A DNA stretch of 64,000 bases from Bacteroidia bacterium (GTDB taxonomy: Bacteria > Bacteroidota > Bacteroidia > UBA7662). The position numbers were made by a program, and so were the translations under genes. Numbering within the stretch: the first letter of the stretch is position 1; each line of letters starts with the position of its first letter. Positions 55,072-64,000 of this stretch are shown in pieces. The notes below the pieces were generated by a model. That model worked only from the letters and a program-made list of their open reading frames with translations, searched no databases and was not told the DNA's origin. The stretch covers positions 4,312 through 68,311 of the forward strand of contig JBDNIH010000168.1 in the NCBI GenBank assembly GCA_041688385.1. The letters run 5' to 3'.

Positions 55072-58000
55072 TTGGCTGCCAACATCACACCAGAGGGTAG
55101 GATCAACTTCGCGTCTATCGCGTCGGCGATCGAATATCCCGACTTTCTGGAAATCCAGATCAAGTCGTTTAAAGACTTTTTCCAGCTTGATACCTTGCAG
55201 GAAAATCGTCGCAACGAAGGTTTGTTCAAGGTTTTTGCGGAAAATTTCCCCATAACCGATGCGCGAAATAACTTCGTTTTGGAGTTCCTCGATTATTTCG
55301 TGGACCCACCTCGATACACGATAGAAGAGTGTATCGAAAGAGGCCTGACCTATTCAGTGCCTTTGAAGGCTAAACTGCGCCTGTCGTGTAACGACGTGGA
55401 GCATGAGGACTTCGAAACCATCGTTCAGGACGTGTATTTGGGAACTATCCCGTACATGACTCCTAAAGGTACCTTCGTGATCAACGGAGCTGAGCGCGTT
55501 ATTGTGTCTCAGTTGCACCGTTCACCGGGCGTATTCTTTGGTCAAACGGTGCATACCAACGGTTCGAAATTGTATTCGGCCCGTATCATTCCGTTCAAAG
55601 GCTCGTGGATTGAATTCGCGACCGACGTGAACAATGTGATGTATGCCTATATTGACCGTAAGAAGAAGTTTCCGGTAACGACGCTGTTGCGTGCGATTGG
55701 GTACGATTCGGACAAGGACATCCTTAACATCTTTGACCTCGCCGACGAGATCAAGGTAAGCAAAGCAGGCCTCAAGAAAGTTGTTGGTCGCCGCCTAGCT
55801 GCCCGGGTTTTGAAGACATGGGTTGAAGACTTTGTAGATGAAGATACTGGTGAGGTGGTTTCCATCAACCGGAATGAAATCATTTTGGAGCGCGATACAC
55901 TGCTCGAAGACGAGATGATCGATATGATTGTTGACGCCGGTGTGAAAAGCATCATCCTGCACAAGGATGAAAACCTTCATGGTGATTATTCTATCATTTA
56001 CAATACCCTCCAAAAAGATACTTCCAATTCGGAAAAGGAGGCCCTCGAGCACATCTACCGTCAATTACGGAATGCCGAGCCACCAGATGAAGATTCGGCA
56101 CGTCAGATTATCGATAAGCTGTTCTTCTCCGACAAACGTTATGACTTGGGTGAAGTGGGCCGTTACCGTATCAACCGCAAGCTGGGGTTAAACTCTGCTT
56201 CTGAAGTACGTGTATTGACCCGTGAAGACATCATTGAAATCGTAAAATACCTCATCCAGCTGTCGAACTCAAAAGCCGATGTGGATGATATTGACCACCT
56301 CAGTAACCGTCGTGTGCGGACTGTTGGTGAGCAGTTGTATTCGCAGTTCGGTGTGGGACTGGCCCGTATGGCCCGTACCATTCGTGAGCGGATGAACATT
56401 CGCGATAACGAGGTGTTTACCCCAGCCGATTTGATTAATGCCCGTACGTTGAGTTCGGTTATTAACAGTTTCTTCGGAACCAATCAGCTGAGTCAGTTTA
56501 TGGACCAAACCAATCCGTTGGCGGAGATTACGCACAAGCGTCGTCTTTCTGCACTCGGGCCTGGTGGTCTTTCGCGTGAACGTGCTGGTTTTGAGGTGCG
56601 TGACGTACACTACACCCACTACGGTCGTTTGTGCACCATTGAAACACCGGAAGGACCGAACATCGGTTTGATTTCGTCGCTTTGCGTACATGCCAAAATC
56701 AACGCCATGGGCTTCATTGAAACCCCATACCGTCAGGTTGAAAATGGCCGTGTACAAATTGAGAAAAACGTCATCTTCCTAAGTGCAGAAGACGAAGACG
56801 AGCGTATGATTGCCCAGGCCAATGCGCCATTCGACGTCAAGGGTAACTTTGAACGCGACTTGGTGAAATGCCGTTTGATGGGTGATTTCCCTATTGTGGT
56901 GCCGGGTGAAGTTCAGTTTATGGACGTTGCCCCTAACCAGATTGTAGGTATCGCTGCTTCGTTGATTCCATTCCTTGAGCATGATGATGCTAACCGGGCT
57001 CTGATGGGTTCGAATATGCAACGTCAGGCTGTTCCTTTGCTCCGTCCCGAGTCGCCAATCGTGGGTACTGGTCTTGAAGGCCGTGTTGCCCGTGATTCAC
57101 GCGCACTGTTGACAGCTGAAGGTGCGGGTATAGTGGAATACGTTGATGCTAAAATGATTACTATTCGTTACGATCGTAACGAAGATGACCGTTTGATAAG
57201 CTTCAACGGCGACGCGAAATCTTATTATCTCACCAAATTCCGAAAAACCAACCAATATACTTCAATCAACCACAAACCTATCGTTAAGAAGGGACAGCGT
57301 GTTGTTAAAGACGAAGTATTGGTAGAAGGTTATGGTACGCAGAAAGGCGAGCTGGCACTCGGTCGTAATTTAAAAGTGGCCTTCATGCCATGGCAGGGTT
57401 ACAATTTTGAGGATGCCATCGTAATTTCTGAGCGTGTGGTTCGTGAAGACTTGTATACCTCCATCCACATCGAAGAGTTTGAACTCCAGGTGCGCGATAC
57501 CAAAAGAGGTGAAGAAGAATTAACAGCCGATATCCCGAATGTGAGTGAAGAAGCCACCAAGGACCTCGACGAGCACGGTATCATCCGCGTTGGTGCCCAT
57601 GTAAAAGAAGGCGATATCCTCATAGGTAAAATCACACCAAAAGGCGAGAGTGATCCTTCTCCGGAAGAAAAACTGCTTCGCGCCATCTTTGGCGACAAAG
57701 CAGGTGACGTGAAAGACGCTTCATTGCGTGTTCCACCGTCTATGACCGGTGTGGTAATCGATAAAAAACTCTTCTCTCGTGTGAAGAAGGACAAAATGGC
57801 CAAGCAGGAAGAAAAGGTACTGGTTGAAAAACTGGATGCTGAGTACAACCGTGAGGTGGATGTTGTTCGGAATATCCTCATCGAAAAATTGCTTTCACTT
57901 GTTGAAGGCAAGGTTTCTCAGGGCGTTACCAATACCTACCGCGATGAAGTGGTACCTAAGGGCACCAAATTCACCAAAAAGAGCCTGGTTGAAATCGACT

Positions 58001-58884
58001 ACAGCATCGTTAATCCCGATGGCTGGTTAACCGACAAGGACAAAAGCGAACAGGTAAAAGAACTCCTGAAAAATTATCTGGTACGTATATCTGAGATACT
58101 CGGCGAGATGAAACGCAAAAAATTCGCCATACAAGTGGGTGATGAGCTGCCTTCGGGCATTCTCCAACTCGCAAAAGTTTCTGTTGCACAAAAACGTAAG
58201 CTGCGTGTGGGCGATAAAATGGCCGGTCGTCACGGTAATAAGGGTATTGTTGCGCGAATCGTGCGCGACGAGGATATGCCTTTCTTAGCCGACGGCACCA
58301 TTGTCGACATCGTATTGAACCCACTTGGCGTACCATCGCGTATGAACTTGGGTCAGATCTATGAGTCGGTATTGGGCTGGGCAGGTATGGAGCTCGGATT
58401 GAAGTTTGCCACCCCGATTTTCGACGGTGCGAGTCTTGAAGAGGTGCTTTCTTATACCGAAAAAGCCGGTGTACCAGACTTAGGTGCAACCTATCTTCAC
58501 GATGGCCAGACCGGTCGTCGTTTTGACCAAAAAACCACAGTGGGCGTGATTTACATGCTTAAGCTGGGTCACATGGTAGATGATAAGATGCACGCCCGTT
58601 CAATCGGACCATACTCGCTCATTACCCAGCAGCCGTTGGGTGGTAAAGCACAGTTTGGTGGTCAGCGTTTTGGTGAGATGGAAGTATGGGCACTCGAAGC
58701 ATTTGGTGCTGCCAACATCCTCCAGGAAGTACTTACAGTTAAGTCGGACGATATCATCGGCCGTGCGAAAACCTATGAGGCTATCGTGAAAGGCGACAAT
58801 CTGCCGGTTCCGAGCGTACCAGAATCGTTCAATGTATTGCTGCACGAACTTCGTGGTTTGTGCTTAGATGTATCACTTGATTAA
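55072..58884 (+). CDS. rpoB: DNA-directed RNA polymerase subunit beta
   Basis: The 1270 aa protein appears to start at TTG 55072. No in-frame ATG lies upstream of the conserved RINFASI / [10 protein letters not shown]-terminal motifs, and there is a stop at 55054-55056. Confidence 0.97.
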   Translation: MAANITPEGRINFASIASAIEYPDFLEIQIKSFKDFFQLDTLQENRRNEGLFKVFAENFPITDARNNFVLEFLDYFVDPPRYTIEECIERGLTYSVPLKAKLRLSCNDVEHEDFETIVQDVYLGTIPYMTPKGTFVINGAERVIVSQLHRSPGVFFGQTVHTNGSKLYSARIIPFKGSWIEFATDVNNVMYAYIDRKKKFPVTTLLRAIGYDSDKDILNIFDLADEIKVSKAGLKKVVGRRLAARVLKTWVEDFVDEDTGEVVSINRNEIILERDTLLEDEMIDMIVDAGVKSIILHKDENLHGDYSIIYNTLQKDTSNSEKEALEHIYRQLRNAEPPDEDSARQIIDKLFFSDKRYDLGEVGRYRINRKLGLNSASEVRVLTREDIIEIVKYLIQLSNSKADVDDIDHLSNRRVRTVGEQLYSQFGVGLARMARTIRERMNIRDNEVFTPADLINARTLSSVINSFFGTNQLSQFMDQTNPLAEITHKRRLSALGPGGLSRERAGFEVRDVHYTHYGRLCTIETPEGPNIGLISSLCVHAKINAMGFIETPYRQVENGRVQIEKNVIFLSAEDEDERMIAQANAPFDVKGNFERDLVKCRLMGDFPIVVPGEVQFMDVAPNQIVGIAASLIPFLEHDDANRALMGSNMQRQAVPLLRPESPIVGTGLEGRVARDSRALLTAEGAGIVEYVDAKMITIRYDRNEDDRLISFNGDAKSYYLTKFRKTNQYTSINHKPIVKKGQRVVKDEVLVEGYGTQKGELALGRNLKVAFMPWQGYNFEDAIVISERVVREDLYTSIHIEEFELQVRDTKRGEEELTADIPNVSEEATKDLDEHGIIRVGAHVKEGDILIGKITPKGESDPSPEEKLLRAIFGDKAGDVKDASLRVPPSMTGVVIDKKLFSRVKKDKMAKQEEKVLVEKLDAEYNREVDVVRNILIEKLLSLVEGKVSQGVTNTYRDEVVPKGTKFTKKSLVEIDYSIVNPDGWLTDKDKSEQVKELLKNYLVRISEILGEMKRKKFAIQVGDELPSGILQLAKVSVAQKRKLRVGDKMAGRHGNKGIVARIVRDEDMPFLADGTIVDIVLNPLGVPSRMNLGQIYESVLGWAGMELGLKFATPIFDGASLEEVLSYTEKAGVPDLGATYLHDGQTGRRFDQKTTVGVIYMLKLGHMVDDKMHARSIGPYSLITQQPLGGKAQFGGQRFGEMEVWALEAFGAANILQEVLTVKSDDIIGRAKTYEAIVKGDNLPVPSVPESFNVLLHELRGLCLDVSLD

Positions 58885-58901
58885 TCAGGAGGCATCCCCA
58901 T

Positions 58902-61900
58902 ATGTCGTATAAAAAAGAGTTTAAACTCAAAAGTAATTTCACCAAAATCCGTATCGGCCTGGCTTCGCCAGAGTCGATATTGGACCGTTCGTTCGGTGAA
59001 GTTGTTAAGCCGGAAACCATCAACTACCGGACCTACAAGCCGGAGATGGGTGGATTGTTCTGCGAACGCATTTTTGGTCCGGTAAAAGACTACGAATGTC
59101 ATTGCGGTAAATACAAACGTATCCGTTATAAGGGTATCGTATGTGACCGTTGTGGTGTAGAAGTTACCGAGAAAAAGGTGCGTCGTGAGCGTATGGGTCA
59201 CATCAAATTGGTGGTACCTGTAGCACATATCTGGTATTTCCGTTCGCTTCCGAATAAAATCGGATATCTGTTGGGCTTGCCGAGCAAAAAACTCGACACC
59301 ATCATTTATTATGAGCGATATGTAGTGATTCAAGCGGGTATCAAAGAAGCCGACGGTATCAAACGGATGGATTTCCTCACCGAGGAAGAATATCTGGATA
59401 TCGTGGATTCATTGCCGCGCGAAAACCACATGCTTGATGACCAGGATCCAAACAAATTCATCGCGAAGATGGGTGCGGATGCCCTGCATGATTTGTTATC
59501 ACGTATCAACCTCGACGACCTGAGCTATGCTTTGCGTCACCAGGCGGCTACCGAGACATCGCAGCAGCGTAAAACCGAAGCCCTCAAACGTTTGAAAATT
59601 GTAGAAGCCTTCCGTGGTGCCAACGAGACCGGTGTAAACCGTCCTGAGTGGATGATCGTGAAGATGGTTCCTGTGATTCCACCTGAATTGCGCCCGCTTG
59701 TGCCTTTGGAAGGGGGTCGTTTCGCGACTTCCGATTTGAACGATCTCTATCGCCGCGTGATCATCCGGAACAACCGTTTGAAGCGGCTGATGGAAATCAA
59801 AGCGCCGGATGTAATCCTCCGCAATGAGAAACGTATGTTGCAAGAAGCGGTTGATTCGCTCTTCGACAACAGCCGTAAAATCAATGCTGTTAAAGCCGAA
59901 GGTAACCGTGCCCTTAAATCGTTGAGCGATATGCTCAAAGGTAAACAGGGTCGTTTCCGTCAGAACTTGTTGGGTAAGCGTGTCGACTATTCTGGTCGTT
60001 CGGTTATCGTAGTAGGTCCTGAGATGAAACTCCACGAATGTGGATTACCAAAAGACATGGCTGCGGAGCTTTTCAAACCGTTTGTTATTCGCAAGATGAT
60101 CGAACGCGGTATTGTTAAGACCGTAAAATCTGCCAAAAAAATCGTCGACCGCAAGGATCCTGTGGTTTGGGATATACTCGAGAACGTCCTCAAAGGACAT
60201 CCGGTATTGCTCAACCGTGCCCCTACACTACACCGTTTGGGTATTCAGGCTTTCCAACCGAAGATGATCGAAGGTAAAGCTATACAGTTGCACCCGCTCG
60301 TATGTACGGCCTTCAACGCCGACTTTGACGGTGACCAAATGGCGGTACACGTACCGTTGGGTCATGCAGCTATATTGGAAGCACAGTTGTTGATGCTCGC
60401 ATCACACAATATCCTCAACCCGGCCAATGGAAGTCCAATCACCGTTCCTTCACAGGATATGGTATTGGGTCTCTACTACATCACCAAAGGCCGCAAGAGC
60501 ACCGACCAGGAAACTGTTATCGGTGAAGGTTTGAAGTTCTACTCAACCGAAGAAGCGATTATCGCCTATAACGAAGGACGTGTAGCCCTCCATGCTTGGG
60601 TAAAAGTGCGCAATAACGTACGTAATATCGAAACCGATACCTTGGAGATGAAGTTGGTCGATACCACTATGGGCCGTATCCTCTTTAACCAAGTGATACC
60701 GGAGCGTGTGGGTTATATCAATGAACTGTTGACTAAGAAGTCGCTTCGTGACCTCATTGGCACGATTGTTCGTTTCACCGACCTGCCTACCACCGCCGCA
60801 TTCTTGGACGAAATCAAGTCGTTAGGATTCCGCATGGCGTTCCAGGGTGGCTTGTCGTTTAACCTCAACGACGTCAAAATCCCGGATAACAAAGTGACTT
60901 TGTTGGCCGAAGCGCAGAAAGAAGTGAATGAAGTGACCAACAATTACGAGATGGGCTTCATCACCAATAACGAGCGCTATAACCAGGTAATCGATATTTG
61001 GACGCGTATCAACTCCCGTATTACGGATACGTTGATGCGTGAGATTTCGACCGATAACCAAGGCTTTAACTCGGTTTATATGATGCTCGACTCCGGAGCA
61101 CGTGGTTCCAAAGAGCAGATTCGTCAGCTCGGTGGTATGCGTGGTTTGATGGCCAAGCCTCAGAAATCAGGTGGAGCAGGGGAGATTATCGAAAACCCAA
61201 TTTTATCGAACTTTAAAGAAGGTTTGTCGGTATTAGAGTACTTTATCTCTACCCACGGTGCCCGTAAGGGTCTTGCCGATACGGCCTTGAAAACGGCCGA
61301 TGCCGGTTACCTAACCCGTCGTTTGCATGACGTTGCACAGGACGTGGTTATTAGCGAGGAAGATTGCGGTACCCTTCGCGGTATTGAAACTTCAGCGTTA
61401 AAAGACAACGAGGATATCGTTGAGTCATTGATTGAGCGTATCGTAGGCCGTGTAGCGGTAAGCAATGTTGTTGATCCGTTGACCAAAGAACTTCTTGTTG
61501 CCGGTGGCGAAGAAATCACCGAAGATATTGCGATCAAAATCGACAATTCCCCGCTCGATAGCGTTGAAATCCGCTCGGTATTGACTTGCGAATCTAAAGT
61601 GGGTGTATGCGTAAGGTGTTATGGCCGTAACTTGGCTACCAACCGCATGGTTCAAATCGGTGAGTCGGTGGGCGTAATTGCTGCACAGTCAATCGGTGAG
61701 CCAGGCACGCAGCTTACCCTCCGTACCTTCCACGTGGGTGGTGTTGCGGGTAACATCGCTACAGAATCACAGCTCATGTCGAAATTTGATGGTCTCATTG
61801 AATTTGACGAAGTGCGTACTGTTGTTTTCAAAGGCGGCGAAAACCCGACAGAAATTGTTGTATCACGTTCAGGTGAGGTGAAAATCGTTCATCCTGATAC

Positions 61901-63197
61901 CAAACAGCCGTTGATGACCAACAACCTGCCCTACGGTTCGGTATTGAGCATTAAGCAGGGGGATATGATTAAAAAAGGCGACAAAATTTGTGCTTGGGAT
62001 CCTTACAACGCGGTTATCATCTCCGAGTTTGAAGGTAAAGCCGATTTCGAACACATTGTAGAAGGCATGACCTTCCGCGAAGAGTCGGATGAACAAACCG
62101 GTCACAAAGAAAAAGTAATCATCGAAACCAAAGATAAAACCCGTAACCCGTCAATACGTGTGATGAATAGCAAGAGTGAGCTGCTTCGCGGCTACAACTT
62201 GCCAGTTGGTGCACACATTGCGGTAGATGCAGGCGATAAAATTATCCCAGGTATGGTTCTTTCGAAAATACCGCGCTCTACGTCAAAAACACGTGATATT
62301 ACAGGTGGTCTGCCACGGGTAACCGAGCTTTTCGAAGCACGAAACCCATCAAACCCGGCTATCGTAACTGAAATCGACGGTGTTGCATCGTTTGGTGGTG
62401 TGAAACGTGGTAACCGCGAGATTATCATTGAATCACGCGATGGACAGGTAAAAAAATACCTGGTGCCTTTGAGCAAACATATCTTGGTACAGGACAACGA
62501 CTTTGTAAAAGCCGGTGATCCTTTGTCGGATGGTGCCATCACGCCTGCTGCTATCCTTTCTATCAAAGGTCCTGGTGCAGTGCAACAGTATTTGGTGAAT
62601 AACATCCAGGAGGTTTACCGCCTTCAGGGCGTGAAAATCAACGACAAACACTTCGAAGTGATTGTCCGCCAGATGATGCAGAAAGTATTGATCATCGATC
62701 CGGGTGATACCAGCTTCCTCGAGCAGGAAGTAGCGGATAAGATTGAGTTTACCGAAATGAACAACTGGATTTACGACAAGGTAATCGTTACAGATTCTGC
62801 CGATTCGTCGAATCTGAAAGTTGGTCAGGTAGTTAATCTCCGCAAGGTACGCGACGAAAACTCGATGCTAAAGCGCAAAGATTTGAAGCCGGTGCAATAC
62901 CGCGAAGCCATACCAGCAACGTCACAATCGATGTTACAGGGTATCACTAGGGCATCGTTGGGTACCCGTAGCTTCTTGAGTGCGGCTTCCTTCCAGGAAA
63001 CCACTAAAGTGTTGAACGAAGCTGCCATCGCAGGTAAAGTCGACGAATTGGTTGGTCTGAAAGAGAACGTACTCGTAGGTCACCTCATCCCGGCCGGTAC
63101 AGGCTGGCGCTCTTATGAGAAAATTGTAGTCGGTTCGATGGAAGAGTACGAGAAGCTAATGGCTTCGAAGCACGCCGAGGACATGACTGTCAATTGA
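58902..63197 (+). CDS. rpoC: DNA-directed RNA polymerase subunit beta'
   Basis: The 1431 aa protein has the NADFDGD catalytic motif and an N-terminal Zn finger CHCGKYKR...CDRCG. Confidence 0.97.
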   Translation: MSYKKEFKLKSNFTKIRIGLASPESILDRSFGEVVKPETINYRTYKPEMGGLFCERIFGPVKDYECHCGKYKRIRYKGIVCDRCGVEVTEKKVRRERMGHIKLVVPVAHIWYFRSLPNKIGYLLGLPSKKLDTIIYYERYVVIQAGIKEADGIKRMDFLTEEEYLDIVDSLPRENHMLDDQDPNKFIAKMGADALHDLLSRINLDDLSYALRHQAATETSQQRKTEALKRLKIVEAFRGANETGVNRPEWMIVKMVPVIPPELRPLVPLEGGRFATSDLNDLYRRVIIRNNRLKRLMEIKAPDVILRNEKRMLQEAVDSLFDNSRKINAVKAEGNRALKSLSDMLKGKQGRFRQNLLGKRVDYSGRSVIVVGPEMKLHECGLPKDMAAELFKPFVIRKMIERGIVKTVKSAKKIVDRKDPVVWDILENVLKGHPVLLNRAPTLHRLGIQAFQPKMIEGKAIQLHPLVCTAFNADFDGDQMAVHVPLGHAAILEAQLLMLASHNILNPANGSPITVPSQDMVLGLYYITKGRKSTDQETVIGEGLKFYSTEEAIIAYNEGRVALHAWVKVRNNVRNIETDTLEMKLVDTTMGRILFNQVIPERVGYINELLTKKSLRDLIGTIVRFTDLPTTAAFLDEIKSLGFRMAFQGGLSFNLNDVKIPDNKVTLLAEAQKEVNEVTNNYEMGFITNNERYNQVIDIWTRINSRITDTLMREISTDNQGFNSVYMMLDSGARGSKEQIRQLGGMRGLMAKPQKSGGAGEIIENPILSNFKEGLSVLEYFISTHGARKGLADTALKTADAGYLTRRLHDVAQDVVISEEDCGTLRGIETSALKDNEDIVESLIERIVGRVAVSNVVDPLTKELLVAGGEEITEDIAIKIDNSPLDSVEIRSVLTCESKVGVCVRCYGRNLATNRMVQIGESVGVIAAQSIGEPGTQLTLRTFHVGGVAGNIATESQLMSKFDGLIEFDEVRTVVFKGGENPTEIVVSRSGEVKIVHPDTKQPLMTNNLPYGSVLSIKQGDMIKKGDKICAWDPYNAVIISEFEGKADFEHIVEGMTFREESDEQTGHKEKVIIETKDKTRNPSIRVMNSKSELLRGYNLPVGAHIAVDAGDKIIPGMVLSKIPRSTSKTRDITGGLPRVTELFEARNPSNPAIVTEIDGVASFGGVKRGNREIIIESRDGQVKKYLVPLSKHILVQDNDFVKAGDPLSDGAITPAAILSIKGPGAVQQYLVNNIQEVYRLQGVKINDKHFEVIVRQMMQKVLIIDPGDTSFLEQEVADKIEFTEMNNWIYDKVIVTDSADSSNLKVGQVVNLRKVRDENSMLKRKDLKPVQYREAIPATSQSMLQGITRASLGTRSFLSAASFQETTKVLNEAAIAGKVDELVGLKENVLVGHLIPAGTGWRSYEKIVVGSMEEYEKLMASKHAEDMTVN

Positions 63198-63261
63198 TCG
63201 TTGCACATGTTTACCAAAAGGGAGCCGATCAACGGCTCCCTTTCTATTTAAAGCAATTTTT

Positions 63262-63582
63262 ATGCAAGACGATATTCAAAACCAGAACCAAATAAACATC
63301 GAACTGAGCGAAGAGATGGCCGAAGGAACCTACTCGAACCTCGCTATAATCACCCACAGCAATGCGGAGTTTGTGGTAGACTTTGTGCGTTTGATGCCGG
63401 GCGTACCAAAAGCTAAAGTGAAATCACGCATTATACTTACCCCACACCATGCCAAACGTTTGTTGCATGCGTTAGCCGATAACATCGAGAAGTTTGAGCA
63501 GGTGTATGGCGAAATAGATATGAATGATCATGGGCAAGGTGGCGTACCTATGACCTTTGGAGGTCCAACTGCCCAGGCCTGA
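63262..63582 (+). CDS. DUF3467-family protein (conserved downstream of rpoC in Bacteroidetes)
   Basis: The 106 aa protein carries the motif YSNLAIITHSNAEFVVDF. Confidence 0.6.
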   Translation: MQDDIQNQNQINIELSEEMAEGTYSNLAIITHSNAEFVVDFVRLMPGVPKAKVKSRIILTPHHAKRLLHALADNIEKFEQVYGEIDMNDHGQGGVPMTFGGPTAQA

Positions 63583-63956
63583 TGCTAAATGATTTTGATG
63601 CCGCAACTTTACCCGAGTTGAAACAATATGTTGCCCGGGTTTTGGCGCTTACCGAATGGTACAGCCGCGAGCAATATGAAGAAATTGAGTTGATACGTTT
63701 AGCTGACCCCTTGTATGCCCTGCTCGATGAGATGCGCATACGGGATTTTATCTATGATTTCGATTGGATCAGTTGGGGTAAAGAAGCCGAAAAACTGATA
63801 GAAAAGCCTGAATTACTTGAAAAAGCCGATTTGATTGGTCTCCAAAAGCTCATGACGGCGCATAGCCGCAATGAAGCGTTGCGGGATGGACATCTGGCAG
63901 AGATGATCGATAGCGGTCATTTACGTTTATTATTCCAGCGATTAATGGTGCTCTGA
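63582..63956 (+). CDS. Hypothetical protein
   Basis: The 124 aa ORF overlaps the previous stop by 1 nt (TGATG). No recognisable motif. Confidence 0.4.
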   Translation: MLNDFDAATLPELKQYVARVLALTEWYSREQYEEIELIRLADPLYALLDEMRIRDFIYDFDWISWGKEAEKLIEKPELLEKADLIGLQKLMTAHSRNEALRDGHLAEMIDSGHLRLLFQRLMVL

Positions 63957-64000
63957 AAAGACCTGCTTTGTATATTGGGGGATGAAACAACTGTGTTGGG

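Noticed and set aside
55647-62651. Numerous 60-180 aa ORFs lie antisense or out of frame inside rpoB and rpoC. The same applies to accC 6211..6873, ggt, and the symporter region 30306..30858.
   Set aside because: They are embedded in strongly supported conserved genes and typical of shadow ORFs in GC-balanced DNA.

Overview
This 64 kb window is a chromosomal segment that looks Bacteroidetes (Cytophagia/Sphingobacteriia-like): GC is about 48-50%, promoters fit the TTTG...TAnnTTTG pattern, there is no obvious Shine-Dalgarno use, and the gene neighbourhoods (rpsU-xerD-hpf, PadR-PspC, DUF2851, DUF3467 after rpoC) are typical of that phylum. Most of it is conserved housekeeping.

The main gene blocks, in order:
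- yceD-rpmF-plsX-fabH operon, then efp, accB-accC, an Nfu-type Fe-S scaffold and gamma-glutamyltranspeptidase.
- A glycan-initiation operon on the minus strand: Gfo/Idh/MocA oxidoreductase, a lipoprotein and a polyprenyl-phosphate sugar transferase.
- pcm, smpB, a DtxR-family regulator, a PadR-PspC pair, corA, a putative porin, a purine nucleoside phosphorylase, lpxK, a Nif3-family gene with its zinc-ribbon partner.
- A long minus-strand operon pssA-purS-M28 peptidase-rsmI-lnt-suhB that ends in a decayed sodium:solute symporter pseudogene.
- An isoaspartyl peptidase, a front-end-type fatty acid desaturase, apbC/mrp, a small NifU-like protein, pyrF, a lone tRNA-Pro(GGG), DUF2851, a small PspC protein, rmlD, an NSS transporter with an unannotated MetS-like small subunit, a ComEA-like protein and an acyl-CoA dehydrogenase.
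- The classical block tRNA(Thr-Tyr-Gly-Thr)-tuf-tRNA(Trp)-secE-nusG-rplKAJL-rpoB-rpoC.

The most system-like and unusual element sits at the left edge (69..1559, minus strand). It is a three-gene module of an XRE HTH regulator, a free-standing HipA N-terminal-domain protein and a HipA C-terminal kinase, i.e. a HipBST-type split-HipA toxin-antitoxin locus.

Other notable points:
- A frameshifted HUH-deficient IS200/RAYT-like transposase remnant.
- A symporter pseudogene carrying two in-frame TAG codons and several frameshifts.
- An identical 14-mer promoter element in front of two Fe-S carrier genes.
- Several apparently leaderless promoters.
- A degenerate tandem-repeat block in a convergent intergenic region.
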